From Felis catus (taxonomy: Eukaryota), in the NCBI RefSeq assembly GCF_018350175.1, contig NC_058382.1, positions 48,734,001-48,798,000 of the forward strand: DNA of 64,000 nucleotides, read 5' to 3'. Position numbers and translations under genes: made by a program. Shown one piece after another: positions 63,327 to 64,000 of this stretch (position 1 is its first letter; each line of letters begins with the position of its first letter). A model generated the notes under the pieces. The model made no database searches. It saw only the letters and a list, made by a program, of their open reading frames with translations, and was not told the DNA's origin.

Positions 63327-63866
63327 TACTCTGATAACTTCCTAACGACCATGTTCTACCTGCCCCTCCTCACCATTTTAGTCCATACTCTCTACACTAC
63401 ATACCATAGAACACATGGGAGAAATAATTGGTGGAAGGATTTCTGGTTTCGATAAGACCAAGTTATCTGGTCTTATCTGCTCCTAGTTTACTCTTACTAA
63501 AGCTGGGCTTGTTTTGAAACAAAGGGATGTGACCCCAACCTGCCATCCTAGACCTACTAATCCCTTGTTAATAAGCAGCTTCCAGAACTCTGAATGCTGA
63601 ATTCAAAACCCTGTTATCTTAGTGAAGAACGACAGACTTTAAGAACTCTATGACCCATACAAAGATTTTTTTTTAACAACTCTAAATCTTTTAAGAGTAG
63701 AAAGGACTGTTAAATAACAAGTTTAAAACAGATTTGCTGAAAGCAATGCAGTGGGCCCTAAGGTCAATTGAACCAGAAAGTTTAATGTCATCATCACATC
63801 TTCAAAATTCAAACACCCAACTACCCTATCCTGCTCACTGCTTAGGTTTCACCCCTTTATACTCAC

Positions 63867-63981
63867 ATTTATTGCCTCGAACAGCATAAGCAAGCTTTAG
63901 TTCCGGATGAAATTTGCCCATCTGCTCAATCACTTTTCCCGTTTGAAGTGCCAACTCATATGTTGGGGAGAGGCATAAACA
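63867..63981 (-). CDS. DDX19A: DDX19A internal exon (helicase motif Ia); not in the ORF track
   Basis: TTCAG| acceptor; CLCLSPTYELALQTGKVIEQMGKFHPELKLAYAVRGNK; donor T|GTGAGT; 115 nt. Confidence 0.92.
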
Positions 63982-64000
63982 CTGAACAAGGAAATCATAA

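Noticed and set aside
1..64000. CRISPR arrays, operons, rRNA, snoRNA or viral/prokaryotic inserts
   Set aside because: No regularly spaced repeat-spacer array, long intronless ORF or recognisable structured RNA gene seen; a small ncRNA cannot be excluded without an Infernal/Rfam scan

Overview
Mammalian genomic DNA from a felid, judged by about 39 carnivore tRNA-derived CAN-SINEs of SINEC_Fc type and felid-type L1 3' ends. The + strand carries the complete coding sequence of ST3GAL2 (beta-galactoside alpha-2,3-sialyltransferase 2): six GT-AG coding exons from 29459 to 42705, 1053 nt, 350 aa. It is preceded by about 28 kb of what is most likely the large first intron (the main promoter is not evident in the window) and a probable ~1.06 kb 5'UTR, and followed by a ~2.3 kb 3'UTR that starts inside a CpG island. 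The - strand carries the last six coding exons of the DEAD-box mRNA-export helicase DDX19, most likely DDX19A by synteny (63981 down to 57109), convergent with ST3GAL2. The rest is SINE, LINE, LTR and DNA-transposon debris plus microsatellites. I found no convincing new gene or novel biological system, and the other ORFs in the track look like noise. Best leads: a CCAAT-box cluster in the 3' CpG island (hidden promoter), a 5'UTR with 11 uAUGs, a CAG repeat beside TATA/AP-1/C/EBP motifs in intron 1, an inverted L1 with an apparent 3' transduction, and several repeatedly reused retrotransposon target sites. Repeat boundaries and family names are by eye and approximate.
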